From: Candidatus Kaiserbacteria bacterium
Lineage (GTDB): Bacteria > Patescibacteriota > Minisyncoccia > Phycocordibacterales > UBA2100
Direction of reading: 5' to 3'
DNA: 51,332 bases
NCBI GenBank assembly: GCA_016214605.1
Contig: JACROD010000018.1
Span: 1 to 51,332 of the forward strand
The position numbers and the translations under genes were made by a program. Below the pieces are notes generated by a model. That model had not been told where the DNA came from. It ran no database searches and saw only the letters and a program-made list of their open reading frames with translations. Below are positions 1 through 8,767 of this stretch, piece by piece; the first letter of the stretch is position 1; each line of letters starts with the position of its first letter.

Positions 1-125
1 AAATCCTACAGATATTGAGCGTGTCGCTATTCGACAAAAACGGCTTGGTTGAGCTATTTTCCGAGCGCAAGCTACAAAACAACGTCAAGGGTTTTGAAAA
101 TATGGCTTCGTTGTTTGATTTTTAA
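1..125 (+). mobile_element. IS4-family transposase, 3' fragment (truncated by window edge)
   Basis: The frame from nt 3 reads ILQILSVSLFDKNGLVELFSERKLQNNVKGFENMASLFDF*. This resembles the C-terminus of DUF4372-type IS4 transposases (ILQILS..LF..; ending LFD). The stop codon lies inside the terminal inverted repeat. Confidence 0.75.
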
Positions 126-138
126 CGGGACACGAGTG
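115..138 (+). repeat. IS4 right terminal inverted repeat
   Basis: TTGATTTTTAACGGGACACGAGTG is the reverse complement, apart from one T indel, of 51194-51216. Confidence 0.8.
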
Positions 139-207
139 GTAAATAATAATGCTCACATTATACACGCGATGTACGTGTGTTTCTAATACGTCCACAAGAC
201 ACGCTAC

Positions 208-245
208 ATACACTAACCCTACGCACGTGCGTAAAGTTAGTGTAT
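208..245. promoter_or_regulatory. 38-bp palindrome, copy 1 (putative PaaX-like operator or recombination site)
   Basis: ATACACTAA-CCC-TACGCA-CG-TGCGTA-AAG-TTAGTGTAT; same arms and spacing as 7926-7963 and 8607-8644. Confidence 0.75.
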
Positions 246-268
246 GTACATTCTTTATGAGGAGATTT

Positions 269-310
269 TTATGAATCAAACCTCTTGTTGTACAAGATCA
301 CATCGGTCTC
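269..310 (-). repeat. Duplicated 3' end of the FkbM gene (att-like direct repeat)
   Basis: 276-310 matches 2689-2723 at 33/35 nt. The minus strand encodes ETDVILYNKRFDS*, versus ETDVILYNKKFES* in the intact gene. Confidence 0.85.
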
Positions 311-505
311 ACCACAAGGGCATGGCCATTTTACTAAAGCGGCTTACCGCTAAGAAAAATTGATCTCAAGGAGCTACGGCACCGTGGTGCGCCAGATTTT
401 CTTGACGGTACCCCCGTCTTAGAAAATCCAGTGCAGATCGTACTCGATCTGCCAGAATTGAGCACAATTCTGCCTCTATGAGATACGGGAAGGTGCCCGC
501 CCGCG

Positions 506-1630
506 TTATGCCAGTAGGCCCGTAGCTGAAGCCTTGGTCACCACCTCGATCGAACTCCCGGGATACAGCTCGCCAAACCGCCGTGCTGCCAGCGCCACAG
601 ACCCATCCGACCACTTGCATTCATATCCGTACAATGCACCATCGCGATCCTCAATAAGATCGATCTCTTTCTGATCTGTCGTACGCCAGAAGTAGTGACT
701 CGCCGCGACACCCTCATTACTCAATCGTTTGATCCTCTCGACGATAAAATAGTTTTCAAAAAGAGCACCTACATCCTGCCGAATATCCATCGGATTGTGA
801 TTCTGCAAGATACTGTTGCGCATGCCGATATCGAGGAAATAAACTTTGTACCCCTTCCGTATCTCCTTGCCAGGGTTGCGCGAAAATGCGCGCAATCGTG
901 TGATGATAAACATCTTTTCGAGTATGTCGAGATATTTTGATATGGTCACCAGGCTCGTGTTGAGGTGATTGGCGAGTGAATGCGCCGATACCTCCGATCC
1001 AGTGCGGAGCGCAAGTAGTTTGAGCAGATCCACCAATACCTGCGGTTTGCGCACGCCTTCGAGCGCAAGTATGTCTTTGTAGAGGGCGTTTGCCTGCAAG
1101 CTTTCAAGATCAGCGGTCTTCTTGTCCTCGGGGGCACCGATGATGCCGGGGTAGAATCCGTAGCGAAGGAATATCTCGTACCGTTCATCAAACGCCGCAC
1201 GGCCGATAGTGCCGATGACTTCGGCGACCGATAGCGGGTATAGGATATATTCGCGCGTTCGCCCTGCCATTGATTCGGCGGTTTTCCGGGCGAGGTCAAA
1301 GCTCGACGAACCCGTCGCAATGATCTGCACCTCCGGATAACGATCATGAAATACCTTGAGCGTACGCCCGATATCGGGCACGTATTGCGCCTCATCGAAT
1401 ATGACCATGCGCGCGTCCCCGATGCGGGCCTTCACGACATCCGGATCGGGCACAAGAAAGTCGTGGACGGTACGCACCTGACAGTCAAAATAAAGTCCTC
1501 CTGCACCGTGTTCGGCAAGGATCTTCTTCGCAAGTGTCGTCTTACCTACCTGCCGTGCACCATAAATAATGATCACCTTTCCGTGATGCAGATCGGAGAC
1601 GATTCGTGGCTCAATAGCGCGCTTATACAT
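506..1630 (-). CDS. AAA+ ATPase with DUF4143 C-terminal domain (AAA_14 type)
   Basis: Walker A GARQVGKT, Walker B IFDEAQ, ATGSS motif, GALFENY and WRTTDQKEIDL..ECKW PD-(D/E)xK-like tail. Confidence 0.9.
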   Translation of the reverse strand: MYKRAIEPRIVSDLHHGKVIIIYGARQVGKTTLAKKILAEHGAGGLYFDCQVRTVHDFLVPDPDVVKARIGDARMVIFDEAQYVPDIGRTLKVFHDRYPEVQIIATGSSSFDLARKTAESMAGRTREYILYPLSVAEVIGTIGRAAFDERYEIFLRYGFYPGIIGAPEDKKTADLESLQANALYKDILALEGVRKPQVLVDLLKLLALRTGSEVSAHSLANHLNTSLVTISKYLDILEKMFIITRLRAFSRNPGKEIRKGYKVYFLDIGMRNSILQNHNPMDIRQDVGALFENYFIVERIKRLSNEGVAASHYFWRTTDQKEIDLIEDRDGALYGYECKWSDGSVALAARRFGELYPGSSIEVVTKASATGLLA

Positions 1631-1739
1631 ATATATACCTTATTCCTAAACTATGCTTCAGGAAAAGTATACCAAAAACTAAACCAGGCGCAAGGTTTGG
1701 CTATATAATAACAAAAACTCACTTATCAACCCCTCAGCC

Positions 1740-1765
1740 TGCCGAAAAGTCACGACTTTTCGGCA
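1740..1765. repeat. Perfect 12-bp inverted repeat in divergent intergenic region
   Basis: TGCCGAAAAGTC-AC-GACTTTTCGGCA. Confidence 0.7.
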
Positions 1766-1832
1766 TTTCGCTGTAGAATAGTCATGCTACGGGGTGCCTT
1801 TGTTGGCGTGGATTTTATGCTATTATGTGGAT

Positions 1833-2231
1833 ATGAAGTCAATTAACGCAGAGGTGCTGAAGGGTCTCGCCGAGAAACACGGACTTTCACTCGTGGTGCT
1901 TTTTGGTTCGCAGGCCACCGGCAAGACCCATGCGGGATCCGACACAGATATCGCCTTCTTTTCGATACAACCCAAAAACATGCTCGAGATCGCCGAGATG
2001 CAAATGGAGTTTACGGAAAAGCTCCGGATCAAAGACCTTGAGCTCGTGGACCTCGCCGGCAAAGCTCCCCTCTTTCTCAAGCAAGTGGCGGATCAAGGGA
2101 TCGTCCTATACGAGAAAGATCCGAGCGTGTTTGATGAATTCCAGATCTACGCATTCAAGCGTTATGTCGAGGCGAAACCGCTCTATGCCATGCGAGAAGC
2201 GGCGCTTCACAAGTACCTGCAGACAGTATGA
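1833..2231 (+). CDS. mntA: Minimal nucleotidyltransferase antitoxin (MntA-like)
   Basis: GSQATGKTHAGSDTD matches GSX10DXD. Overlaps a HEPN gene (ATGA). Start placed at the ATG 6 nt after TGcTATTAT. Confidence 0.88.
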   Translation: MKSINAEVLKGLAEKHGLSLVVLFGSQATGKTHAGSDTDIAFFSIQPKNMLEIAEMQMEFTEKLRIKDLELVDLAGKAPLFLKQVADQGIVLYEKDPSVFDEFQIYAFKRYVEAKPLYAMREAALHKYLQTV

Positions 2232-2647
2232 TCAGCCACGAGGTCGTCATCAATAAGCTGGTCGCCGTCAAAGATTACCTCGGCGAGCTTCAGCCACTCC
2301 TTCAAAGAGAGTCGCGCGAGATCATCGACGACAGTGTCGTGCTCCATGCCATTGAACGCCTTTTCCAGCTCATAGTCGATACGTCTATCGATATCAATAC
2401 CTACATCATCGGTGAGTCGGGCTTCAATGTACCCGAAGATTATCAAAGTACATTTATCACGCTCGGGGAACACGGCGTGATCCCGACGGACTTTGCACGC
2501 AAGATCGCGCCTTCTGTCGGGCTACGTAATCAGATCGTGCACAAATACGGCAAAGTCGATCTGAAATTCATGGTGGATCAGATCAAGGGAGAGATCGGAG
2601 ATTATGCGCAATACCTAAAGCACATAGACGAATTTCTCAAGAAATAG
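2228..2647 (+). CDS. hepT: HEPN/DUF86 RNase toxin (HepT-like)
   Basis: RNQIVHKY matches RX4HXY; translationally coupled to the MNT gene. Confidence 0.88.
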   Translation: MISHEVVINKLVAVKDYLGELQPLLQRESREIIDDSVVLHAIERLFQLIVDTSIDINTYIIGESGFNVPEDYQSTFITLGEHGVIPTDFARKIAPSVGLRNQIVHKYGKVDLKFMVDQIKGEIGDYAQYLKHIDEFLKK

Positions 2648-2681
2648 TCTGGTTGCGCGATCCCTGTAATTACAAGATCCA

Positions 2682-3476
2682 CTAGGACTCAAACTTCTTG
2701 TTGTACAAGATCACATCAGTCTCTATGAGGTATGGGAAGGTACCGGCGTTGTTGGGGACGAAGGTGCTGAGCTCGAAGCCTTTGGAGCGATAAAAGGCGA
2801 TCACCTCGGTATAATCGGGGATCCCCTCGTAGAGCTTCTTGATCGAAAGCTCGCTCTGGATCCCGACAAAATGCTCGAGTATCCCCTCTGATCCCTGTGC
2901 GATCGCGAGGTCGCTCCCCTGGGTGTCCATCTTGAGATACGGGCGCTTGAAGCCGAGCTTGGCCTGGTATTTGTCGTACATCTCCTTGAGTGTCACGGTC
3001 TTGACAGGGATCTCGGTGACGAGCGTGTTGCTCTTCTTGAGTGTATTGCCAGCCTCTTTGTCAGAGGGCATGTTGAGCGAGCTGAACTGATCGATCGCCA
3101 TGACCTTGAAGGTCGTATCGCGCGCGGTGCTATCGAGCGCGACCGCCTCGACAAACCAATTGGGATCCTTCTTGGCATTCTTGCGAAGCTTCTCGAGGGC
3201 CCGCGGGACCGGCTCGAAAGAAATGATCGGGCCCTTGTATCCGGTGCGGCGGAGCATCATCGCGTACTGGCCTTCATTGGCTCCCACATCAAAGACGCAG
3301 TCCACCCGGTAGTGCGGGAGGAATCGCTTGAGGTGCACTTGCTCAAAGATCACGCCGATGCGGCGCGGCTTCATGATACGGACGCCAAAGACCCGCTCGA
3401 CGATCGGAGCGTCGAAGATCACTTCGGTATAGTTCACATGTTTGAGCTTGTTGATGATTTTCTTGAGAGTGTTCAT
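2682..3476 (-). CDS. FkbM-family SAM-dependent methyltransferase
   Basis: VFDVGANEGQ, SFEP and LKMDTQGSD motifs. Confidence 0.9.
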   Translation of the reverse strand: MNTLKKIINKLKHVNYTEVIFDAPIVERVFGVRIMKPRRIGVIFEQVHLKRFLPHYRVDCVFDVGANEGQYAMMLRRTGYKGPIISFEPVPRALEKLRKNAKKDPNWFVEAVALDSTARDTTFKVMAIDQFSSLNMPSDKEAGNTLKKSNTLVTEIPVKTVTLKEMYDKYQAKLGFKRPYLKMDTQGSDLAIAQGSEGILEHFVGIQSELSIKKLYEGIPDYTEVIAFYRSKGFELSTFVPNNAGTFPYLIETDVILYNKKFES

Positions 3477-3503
3477 GGCTATGAATCGAATGGGGTGTGG
3501 CAA

Positions 3504-5150
3504 TTAATTAGACACTGTGAATGTCCCATTCGACGTAAACGTATGAATCGTATAATCACCGAGCGTTGTAACAACTCCACCAGTGGCGTTCACAGATCCC
3601 GTAGGATATCGAATGATCACAACACCTGAGCCCCCTGCTCCACCTGATGCTCCGAATCCATTCGCGCCACCTCCGCCGCCACCTGTATTCGGTGTTCCTG
3701 CACCACCTGTACCAGTGGTATTAAGGGGCGCTCCATTACCTCCACCACCATAACCTCCATTAGCAGTAGCGGTCCCATCGGCCACACTACCGGCTCCCCC
3801 GCCAGCGAGATAGTACGTTCCTGATACATTTTCACCCACCGTAGAACCCGTGATTGGATTTACAATACCTACACCTCCATTAGCATTGTAGATACCGCCG
3901 GTGCCCGGAGTATCCCCGACACCACCGGCCCCGCCGCCACCGCCACTATATCCACCCACCCCAGTACCACCCCCGTATCCTTCACTTCCAATCGGACTGC
4001 CGCCTGAGTTCACGAGGAACCCTCCTCCGCCCCCTGATCCACCGTCACCTCCAAGCGCTGCTCCTCCTACGGAGTTAGTACCATTTCCTCCCGCACCTCC
4101 GCCATGCGCAATTATCGAACCAAAAACAGAATCGCTGCCTGTTGTATGTGCAGCACCTCCAGCTCCGACTGTAACCGTATATGATCCTGTTGTTACAGCA
4201 TAACTACTTCCTGTTTTAACACCACCTGCCCCTCCTCCACCGGTCCCGTTACCACCATCATTGGTCTGACTAATACCACCTCCCCCTCCTCCCGCAACTA
4301 CCAGATAGTCAACGAGATTCGCGGAGGCTGTACTCGTGGCATATTTGAGCGCGTAAGATCCAAGATAAAATCCATCCACGTCTTTCACAAAATTAATCAC
4401 GTCTTTTCCATTTGTAGTTGTTGTTACGGATGGCTTTGCGCCGCTATTCGGCCATTGAATATCGGATGGCCAGTTTGTGTGCCAACCACCGGTACTGTCT
4501 TGTTTAAGAATGAGTTTGTACACGCCGCCTGCCTGTCCACCTGTGAATGTCAGCGTAGTACTGGCAGTAAGGGTGAATGATTGCACATTGCCATTGTTCC
4601 AATTGATCGTAGAGGACGTAGCTGTCACCAATCTACTATAGATTGCACCAGATACGTCGAGTGCATGTGCGGGAGTTGAATTACCAACGCCTACATTGCC
4701 AGAAGATTTGACATACAAAGCAGGTAATCCTCCGGATGTGGCGACATTGAGCAGATCGAGACTACCCGATCCTTTGATATTCACTTTTGCGGCGGTCGCT
4801 GTGCCGCCAATACTCAAAATGCTGTCGGTATTATTCCAATAAAGCTGACCGTTATCCTGAGCGAAGACCCCTCCCCAGATGAATGGTATTGATCCTTCGG
4901 TAAATGAGGTCGCGCCAGTGCCTCCTTGCGCCAAAAGCCATGGAGTCGCATCCCACTGGAATGTGTGTGTGTTTGAAGCACTGACAATCTTCATATGCAT
5001 CGTGGTCGTAGACGCGGTCGTTGTGGCTAGGGTCTGCGCGGTGCCACTCTGGCCATTTATACTTAATACCACGGCAGATGCGCTGCTCGGCACCACTACA
5101 AGGACCAATGCCGCGATCCCAGAAACAAGGAGTCCATTGAATTTGTTCAT
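3504..5150 (-). CDS. Secreted glycine-rich surface protein with phage-tail-fibre-like segments
   Basis: Signal peptide (…VVVPSSASA), GNVGVGNSTPAHALDVSG repeat, and a DYLVVAGGGGGG…GGSGVVIIRY glycine-rich C-terminal domain. Confidence 0.75.
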   Translation of the reverse strand: MNKFNGLLVSGIAALVLVVVPSSASAVVLSINGQSGTAQTLATTTASTTTMHMKIVSASNTHTFQWDATPWLLAQGGTGATSFTEGSIPFIWGGVFAQDNGQLYWNNTDSILSIGGTATAAKVNIKGSGSLDLLNVATSGGLPALYVKSSGNVGVGNSTPAHALDVSGAIYSRLVTATSSTINWNNGNVQSFTLTASTTLTFTGGQAGGVYKLILKQDSTGGWHTNWPSDIQWPNSGAKPSVTTTTNGKDVINFVKDVDGFYLGSYALKYATSTASANLVDYLVVAGGGGGGISQTNDGGNGTGGGGAGGVKTGSSYAVTTGSYTVTVGAGGAAHTTGSDSVFGSIIAHGGGAGGNGTNSVGGAALGGDGGSGGGGGFLVNSGGSPIGSEGYGGGTGVGGYSGGGGGAGGVGDTPGTGGIYNANGGVGIVNPITGSTVGENVSGTYYLAGGGAGSVADGTATANGGYGGGGNGAPLNTTGTGGAGTPNTGGGGGGANGFGASGGAGGSGVVIIRYPTGSVNATGGVVTTLGDYTIHTFTSNGTFTVSN

Positions 5151-5254
5151 GTAAAAATAGAAGCAAATAATAATGCCTACATTATACACTCAGAAAAATC
5201 ATTCCAACAATACAAGTGGGTGTGATATTATACAAACACAACAAGAAAGCACTT

Positions 5255-5959
5255 ATGAAAAACATAATCAAGACTATCGGTCGTCGGCTCGGAGTGAAGA
5301 TACTTAAGATTGATACTCCCATGCGCTCATTGGACATGGGGTTGGAGAAACTGTCTCGGATTATCACTCCTTCGCATGTGATCGATGTAGGCGTCGACTA
5401 CGGCTCGCCTGAATTGTATGCGACCTTCCCCCCTACCAAACACAAATACATCCTCATAGAAGCCGACCCGGCCAATGCGGAGCGACTAAAAAAGATCGAA
5501 CAGTCTCTCGGCCATGGTGCACGATCTGCAAATGTCTTTTGCGGACCGGAAGAAGGCAGTGTCACTCTGTATACCTATGACAATCATGCATATTCGACTG
5601 CATACAAATCGGATTATCTGAGTGATCACAAACCAGTACAAGTACCCGTAAAAACACTTGATTCTATAGTACAGCCCGAGATCGATTCGGGCGCATCTTT
5701 CTTGCTCAAGATCGACGTCGAAGGCGCCGAGATGGATGTATTGCGCGGTGCGACCGAAACCCTCAAGAAATGCGTCGCTGTGGTCACCGAATTATCGGTC
5801 TCACGAAAATACGAGGGCGGAGCGGAATTGGGCGATGTGGTCTCCTACCTGCGCGATCAGGGATTCTCGGTCTACGACCTGTGCTCAGGCTTCGACCGCG
5901 ATGACAAACTCTACCAACTCGATGCAATATTTGTGCGGACCGACGCGGATTTTCGGTAG
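5255..5959 (+). CDS. FkbM-family methyltransferase
   Basis: VIDVGVDYG, KTLDS and LKIDVEGAEMDVLRGA motifs. Confidence 0.9.
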   Translation: MKNIIKTIGRRLGVKILKIDTPMRSLDMGLEKLSRIITPSHVIDVGVDYGSPELYATFPPTKHKYILIEADPANAERLKKIEQSLGHGARSANVFCGPEEGSVTLYTYDNHAYSTAYKSDYLSDHKPVQVPVKTLDSIVQPEIDSGASFLLKIDVEGAEMDVLRGATETLKKCVAVVTELSVSRKYEGGAELGDVVSYLRDQGFSVYDLCSGFDRDDKLYQLDAIFVRTDADFR

Positions 5960-6043
5960 AATTAACTAAACCGCGCCACGATCCACGCCACACGGGCGGA
6001 CCAGCTGTATTTCCGAGCTACTTTGTGTGGTATAATTGTTTTT

Positions 6044-6325
6044 ATGGTAAAAGCTGAAATTCAATCAAAAATAGTGCCTATTTTGGAACGCGCCCATGTG
6101 CGGAAGGCGGCGATATTTGGCTCAACAGCGCGCGGAGACGATACCTCTGCAAGCGATGTCGATATTCTCATAGAAATGCCGCGGCCGTACAGTTTGTTTT
6201 CATTTTTGACGATCAAAAACGACCTCGAAGATTCGCTCCAAAAAAAAGTCGACCTGATCGAATATGGGACGGTCAAATCTGCGCTTCGAGAACGGATCCT
6301 CAACGATGCCGTCGATATTCTATGA
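6044..6325 (+). CDS. mntA: Minimal nucleotidyltransferase antitoxin (MntA-like)
   Basis: FGSTARGDDTSASDVD. Extended -10 TGgTATAAT lies 7 nt before the ATG. Confidence 0.9.
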   Translation: MVKAEIQSKIVPILERAHVRKAAIFGSTARGDDTSASDVDILIEMPRPYSLFSFLTIKNDLEDSLQKKVDLIEYGTVKSALRERILNDAVDIL

Positions 6326-6666
6326 CTTCCGCTCCTCGCGATGTAAACGTGTATCTCGACGACATCATTACCGCGATCACGCGCATCGAGACATATGTCG
6401 AGGGATTGAACATCGATCAATTTCGTGCCGACTCAAAGACCACCGATGCCGTCGTGAGGAACCTGGAGATCATCGGTGAAGCCGCAAAGAAGATCCCCGA
6501 CGAAATACGCACGGCACATCCGCATATCCAATGGCGTCCGGCCGCCGCGATGCGTGATTTTCTTATTCACGATTATCCATCCGTCGATATCGACGCCGTT
6601 TGGAACACCATCAAAAGTGACTTGCCTGTTTTACGAACAGGGATCGAAGAAATGCGGCGGGGCTAA
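6322..6666 (+). CDS. hepT: HEPN/DUF86 toxin (HepT-like)
   Basis: DAVVRNLEIIGEAAK and RDFLIHDY (RX4HXY); ATGA overlap with the MNT gene. Confidence 0.9.
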   Translation: MTSAPRDVNVYLDDIITAITRIETYVEGLNIDQFRADSKTTDAVVRNLEIIGEAAKKIPDEIRTAHPHIQWRPAAAMRDFLIHDYPSVDIDAVWNTIKSDLPVLRTGIEEMRRG

Positions 6667-7784
6667 AATAGGCTTGTGATCCGGTCTACACGAGCGGCCC
6701 AGCTGTGGGCTTGGGCTGATCGGAGATTTCTCTCCATGGTGTTTGGATTGGGCTCGGTGATCGCTCGCTCGGTCGCTCGGGCGAGACTCTCGGCATCGTC
6801 GGGCTCGTACCAGATGGCATCCGACTCTCCGATGATACTCGTGAGCGCAGGGGTATGGGAGGCGACGATGGGGCGGCGAGCGGCCATATATTCATAGACC
6901 TTCATCGGCGCGGTGTGGCGATATGACTGGTCATTGTGCTTGGTGCCGAGGATGAGCAGTGTGTCGGCGGCGGCGAGCCACAGGGGCACGTCGCTCGGCT
7001 CGCACTCGCCTGCAATGTGGAGATTGGCCGGGAGTGAGGTCCGCCCGGTGACCTTGGTAAATACTTCGGTCGTATCCCCCACCACGTACCAATCCAGCGC
7101 AGGTGCCTGCTTTGCGGCATCGACGAGGATATCGAGACCTTTCCATTCGTAGAATCGCCCCACGTAGAGTGCGATCTTTTTGTCTTGCGGAATATGAAGT
7201 CGCTTTCGCACTTCCCCCTGCGAAGAAGCATGAGCAAAGAGATCAAGGTCGACACCATTGGGCTCGATGATGGTCTTGTCTGATGAAATATCAAATCGAT
7301 CACACAGTGCATCTCGAATCTGCGTATTGGTCACCACAAGCAACTTCACGTGCTTGAAGAAAAATCGCGTGAATATATTGCATGGCTTGATATCATGCAT
7401 CTCGGCCACGACAGGAAACCCGAGGAGCGGGAGTAACGAAAAAGAAAACGTATCCATGTCTATTGTGTACACAATGCACCCCTCTCCTCGCATACGCTTC
7501 CACAGCAGATAGATACTGCTCGTGATGATAAATACGCACGAGCTGATAAAAAATGGGATGCGGCCGGAAGCATACAGGTCGAGCCCGGGAAGGATCGTGG
7601 TCGGTATATCGACGCGGAGTTTGTAGGCATCCTTGAGTGTCGCGATCGACGAGGCGTGCGTGCGCGGGATCACAAGCTCCAGATCGATCTCCGCTTCGAC
7701 AAAAGCCTCGCACATCTTGGCGACCTGTATGCCATAAGCCTTTTTGTTGGGCAGGCGCGCATTTACTATGTAAACGATTTTCAT
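6663..7784 (-). CDS. Glycosyltransferase family 4
   Basis: YVGRFYEWKG and PMKVYEYMAARRPIVAS GT-B motifs. Confidence 0.9.
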   Translation of the reverse strand: MKIVYIVNARLPNKKAYGIQVAKMCEAFVEAEIDLELVIPRTHASSIATLKDAYKLRVDIPTTILPGLDLYASGRIPFFISSCVFIITSSIYLLWKRMRGEGCIVYTIDMDTFSFSLLPLLGFPVVAEMHDIKPCNIFTRFFFKHVKLLVVTNTQIRDALCDRFDISSDKTIIEPNGVDLDLFAHASSQGEVRKRLHIPQDKKIALYVGRFYEWKGLDILVDAAKQAPALDWYVVGDTTEVFTKVTGRTSLPANLHIAGECEPSDVPLWLAAADTLLILGTKHNDQSYRHTAPMKVYEYMAARRPIVASHTPALTSIIGESDAIWYEPDDAESLARATERAITEPNPNTMERNLRSAQAHSWAARVDRITSLF

Positions 7785-7925
7785 ATTTCAATTGACCTTT
7801 TGTGGATACCTAAATATCATACACATACATTTGGCATTAGCCACGTCCCCTTCGCCGCAAGCGAAGGGATTTGCTTTTTACCTCCACACCCCTACTCATC
7901 AGCTCCACACCCACTCTTCTGATCT

Positions 7926-7963
7926 ATACACTAATTTTGCGCGGTCGCGTAAAGTTAGTGTAT
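7926..7963. promoter_or_regulatory. 38-bp palindrome, copy 2
   Basis: ATACACTAA-TTT-TGCGCG-GT-CGCGTA-AAG-TTAGTGTAT, downstream of the PaaX-like gene. Confidence 0.75.
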
Positions 7964-7997
7964 GCGATATTTGCTGCAAAATTACAGTCTTTGCAGT

Positions 7998-8042
7998 ACT
8001 TACGACACTTATGATACTTGTGATGTTCGTGGCACTTGCAAC
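7998..8042. repeat. Degenerate 9-bp tandem repeat (5 units)
   Basis: ACTTACGAC ACTTATGAT ACTTGTGAT GTTCGTGGC ACTTGCAAC, abutting the PaaX-like stop codon. Confidence 0.6.
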
Positions 8043-8608
8043 TACCCTATTTTGAAATATTTTTTGAGATGCCAATCTCCTTCCAACTCTTCGACGATCA
8101 TATACAACATGTCTTTACCTACCTTGAAGTCGGCTTTCAGAAGCGCGATCAAATCCTCGCAATCATACGGATAAGCCCATACACTATTTTGAAGCCTCAC
8201 AAAACCAATACTGCGGAGTGCACGGCGCACCTTGTCTCGCAATCCCTTTCGGTACTCGGGAATATCAAATATAAGTACTCGCCACTTACCATCCCATCGT
8301 TTCGGCGCCTGCGATGCAAAATCTCGAGCTTCTAGGCGGCGGAGTACCGCCTCTCCCTTAGAGGTCAGCTTTAGTTTGAAACCATCACGCTCTAAGAGCC
8401 CATCTCGCACCAGACGATCGCGAGCACGATTAATAATCTCTTTTTGGCGACGACCGGGGACAAGTCCGAGCTTCCCCATTGCACTAAGAACGTTTGGTGC
8501 CACCATGGCAACCCCGAGCATCCCCGTGAGAGCAACCGTGCCCAACACAAAAGACGTAACGTCTTTCCGTCTTTTTCTTTTTCTTCCTGATTCTTCTATT
8601 TTTCCCAT
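8042..8608 (-). CDS. PaaX-like regulator (winged HTH + Cas2-like domain), CPR type
   Basis: LTSKG wing, WDGKWRVLIFDIPE, LRSIGFVRLQNSVW. No cas1 or CRISPR array nearby. Confidence 0.85.
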   Translation of the reverse strand: MGKIEESGRKRKRRKDVTSFVLGTVALTGMLGVAMVAPNVLSAMGKLGLVPGRRQKEIINRARDRLVRDGLLERDGFKLKLTSKGEAVLRRLEARDFASQAPKRWDGKWRVLIFDIPEYRKGLRDKVRRALRSIGFVRLQNSVWAYPYDCEDLIALLKADFKVGKDMLYMIVEELEGDWHLKKYFKIG

Positions 8609-8644
8609 ACACTAAGTATACGCGACCGTGCACGTTTAGTGTAT
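8607..8644. promoter_or_regulatory. 38-bp palindrome, copy 3, containing the -10 box and overlapping the start codon of the PaaX-like gene
   Basis: ATACACTAA-GTA-TACGCG-AC-CGTGCA-CGT-TTAGTGTAT; the minus strand reads TATACT-tagtgt-ATG. Confidence 0.8.
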
Positions 8645-8767
8645 ATCCGTCTCCTACCAAATGAAAGCAGCCTAAGACTTTGCGAGTAGTCTGCTTTTAA
8701 TGGGTGGGTGGTTTGGGTTAGGTTGGGTGCGAGGAATAGTCGGTGGAGGCAATTGGTAGGGATCAGT

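Noticed and set aside
244-363. Small plus-strand ORF with GAGGAG before ATG 271
   Set aside because: Largely the antisense of the duplicated FkbM tail; no independent coding evidence.
7962-8174. 70-aa ORF starting in palindrome copy 2
   Set aside because: Runs through a tandem repeat and antisense to the PaaX-like gene; kept only as a possible antisense transcript.
8042-8608. CRISPR-Cas locus (Cas2-like motif)
   Set aside because: No cas1 or other cas genes and no repeat-spacer array; the wHTH + WDGKW pattern fits PaaX-like proteins.
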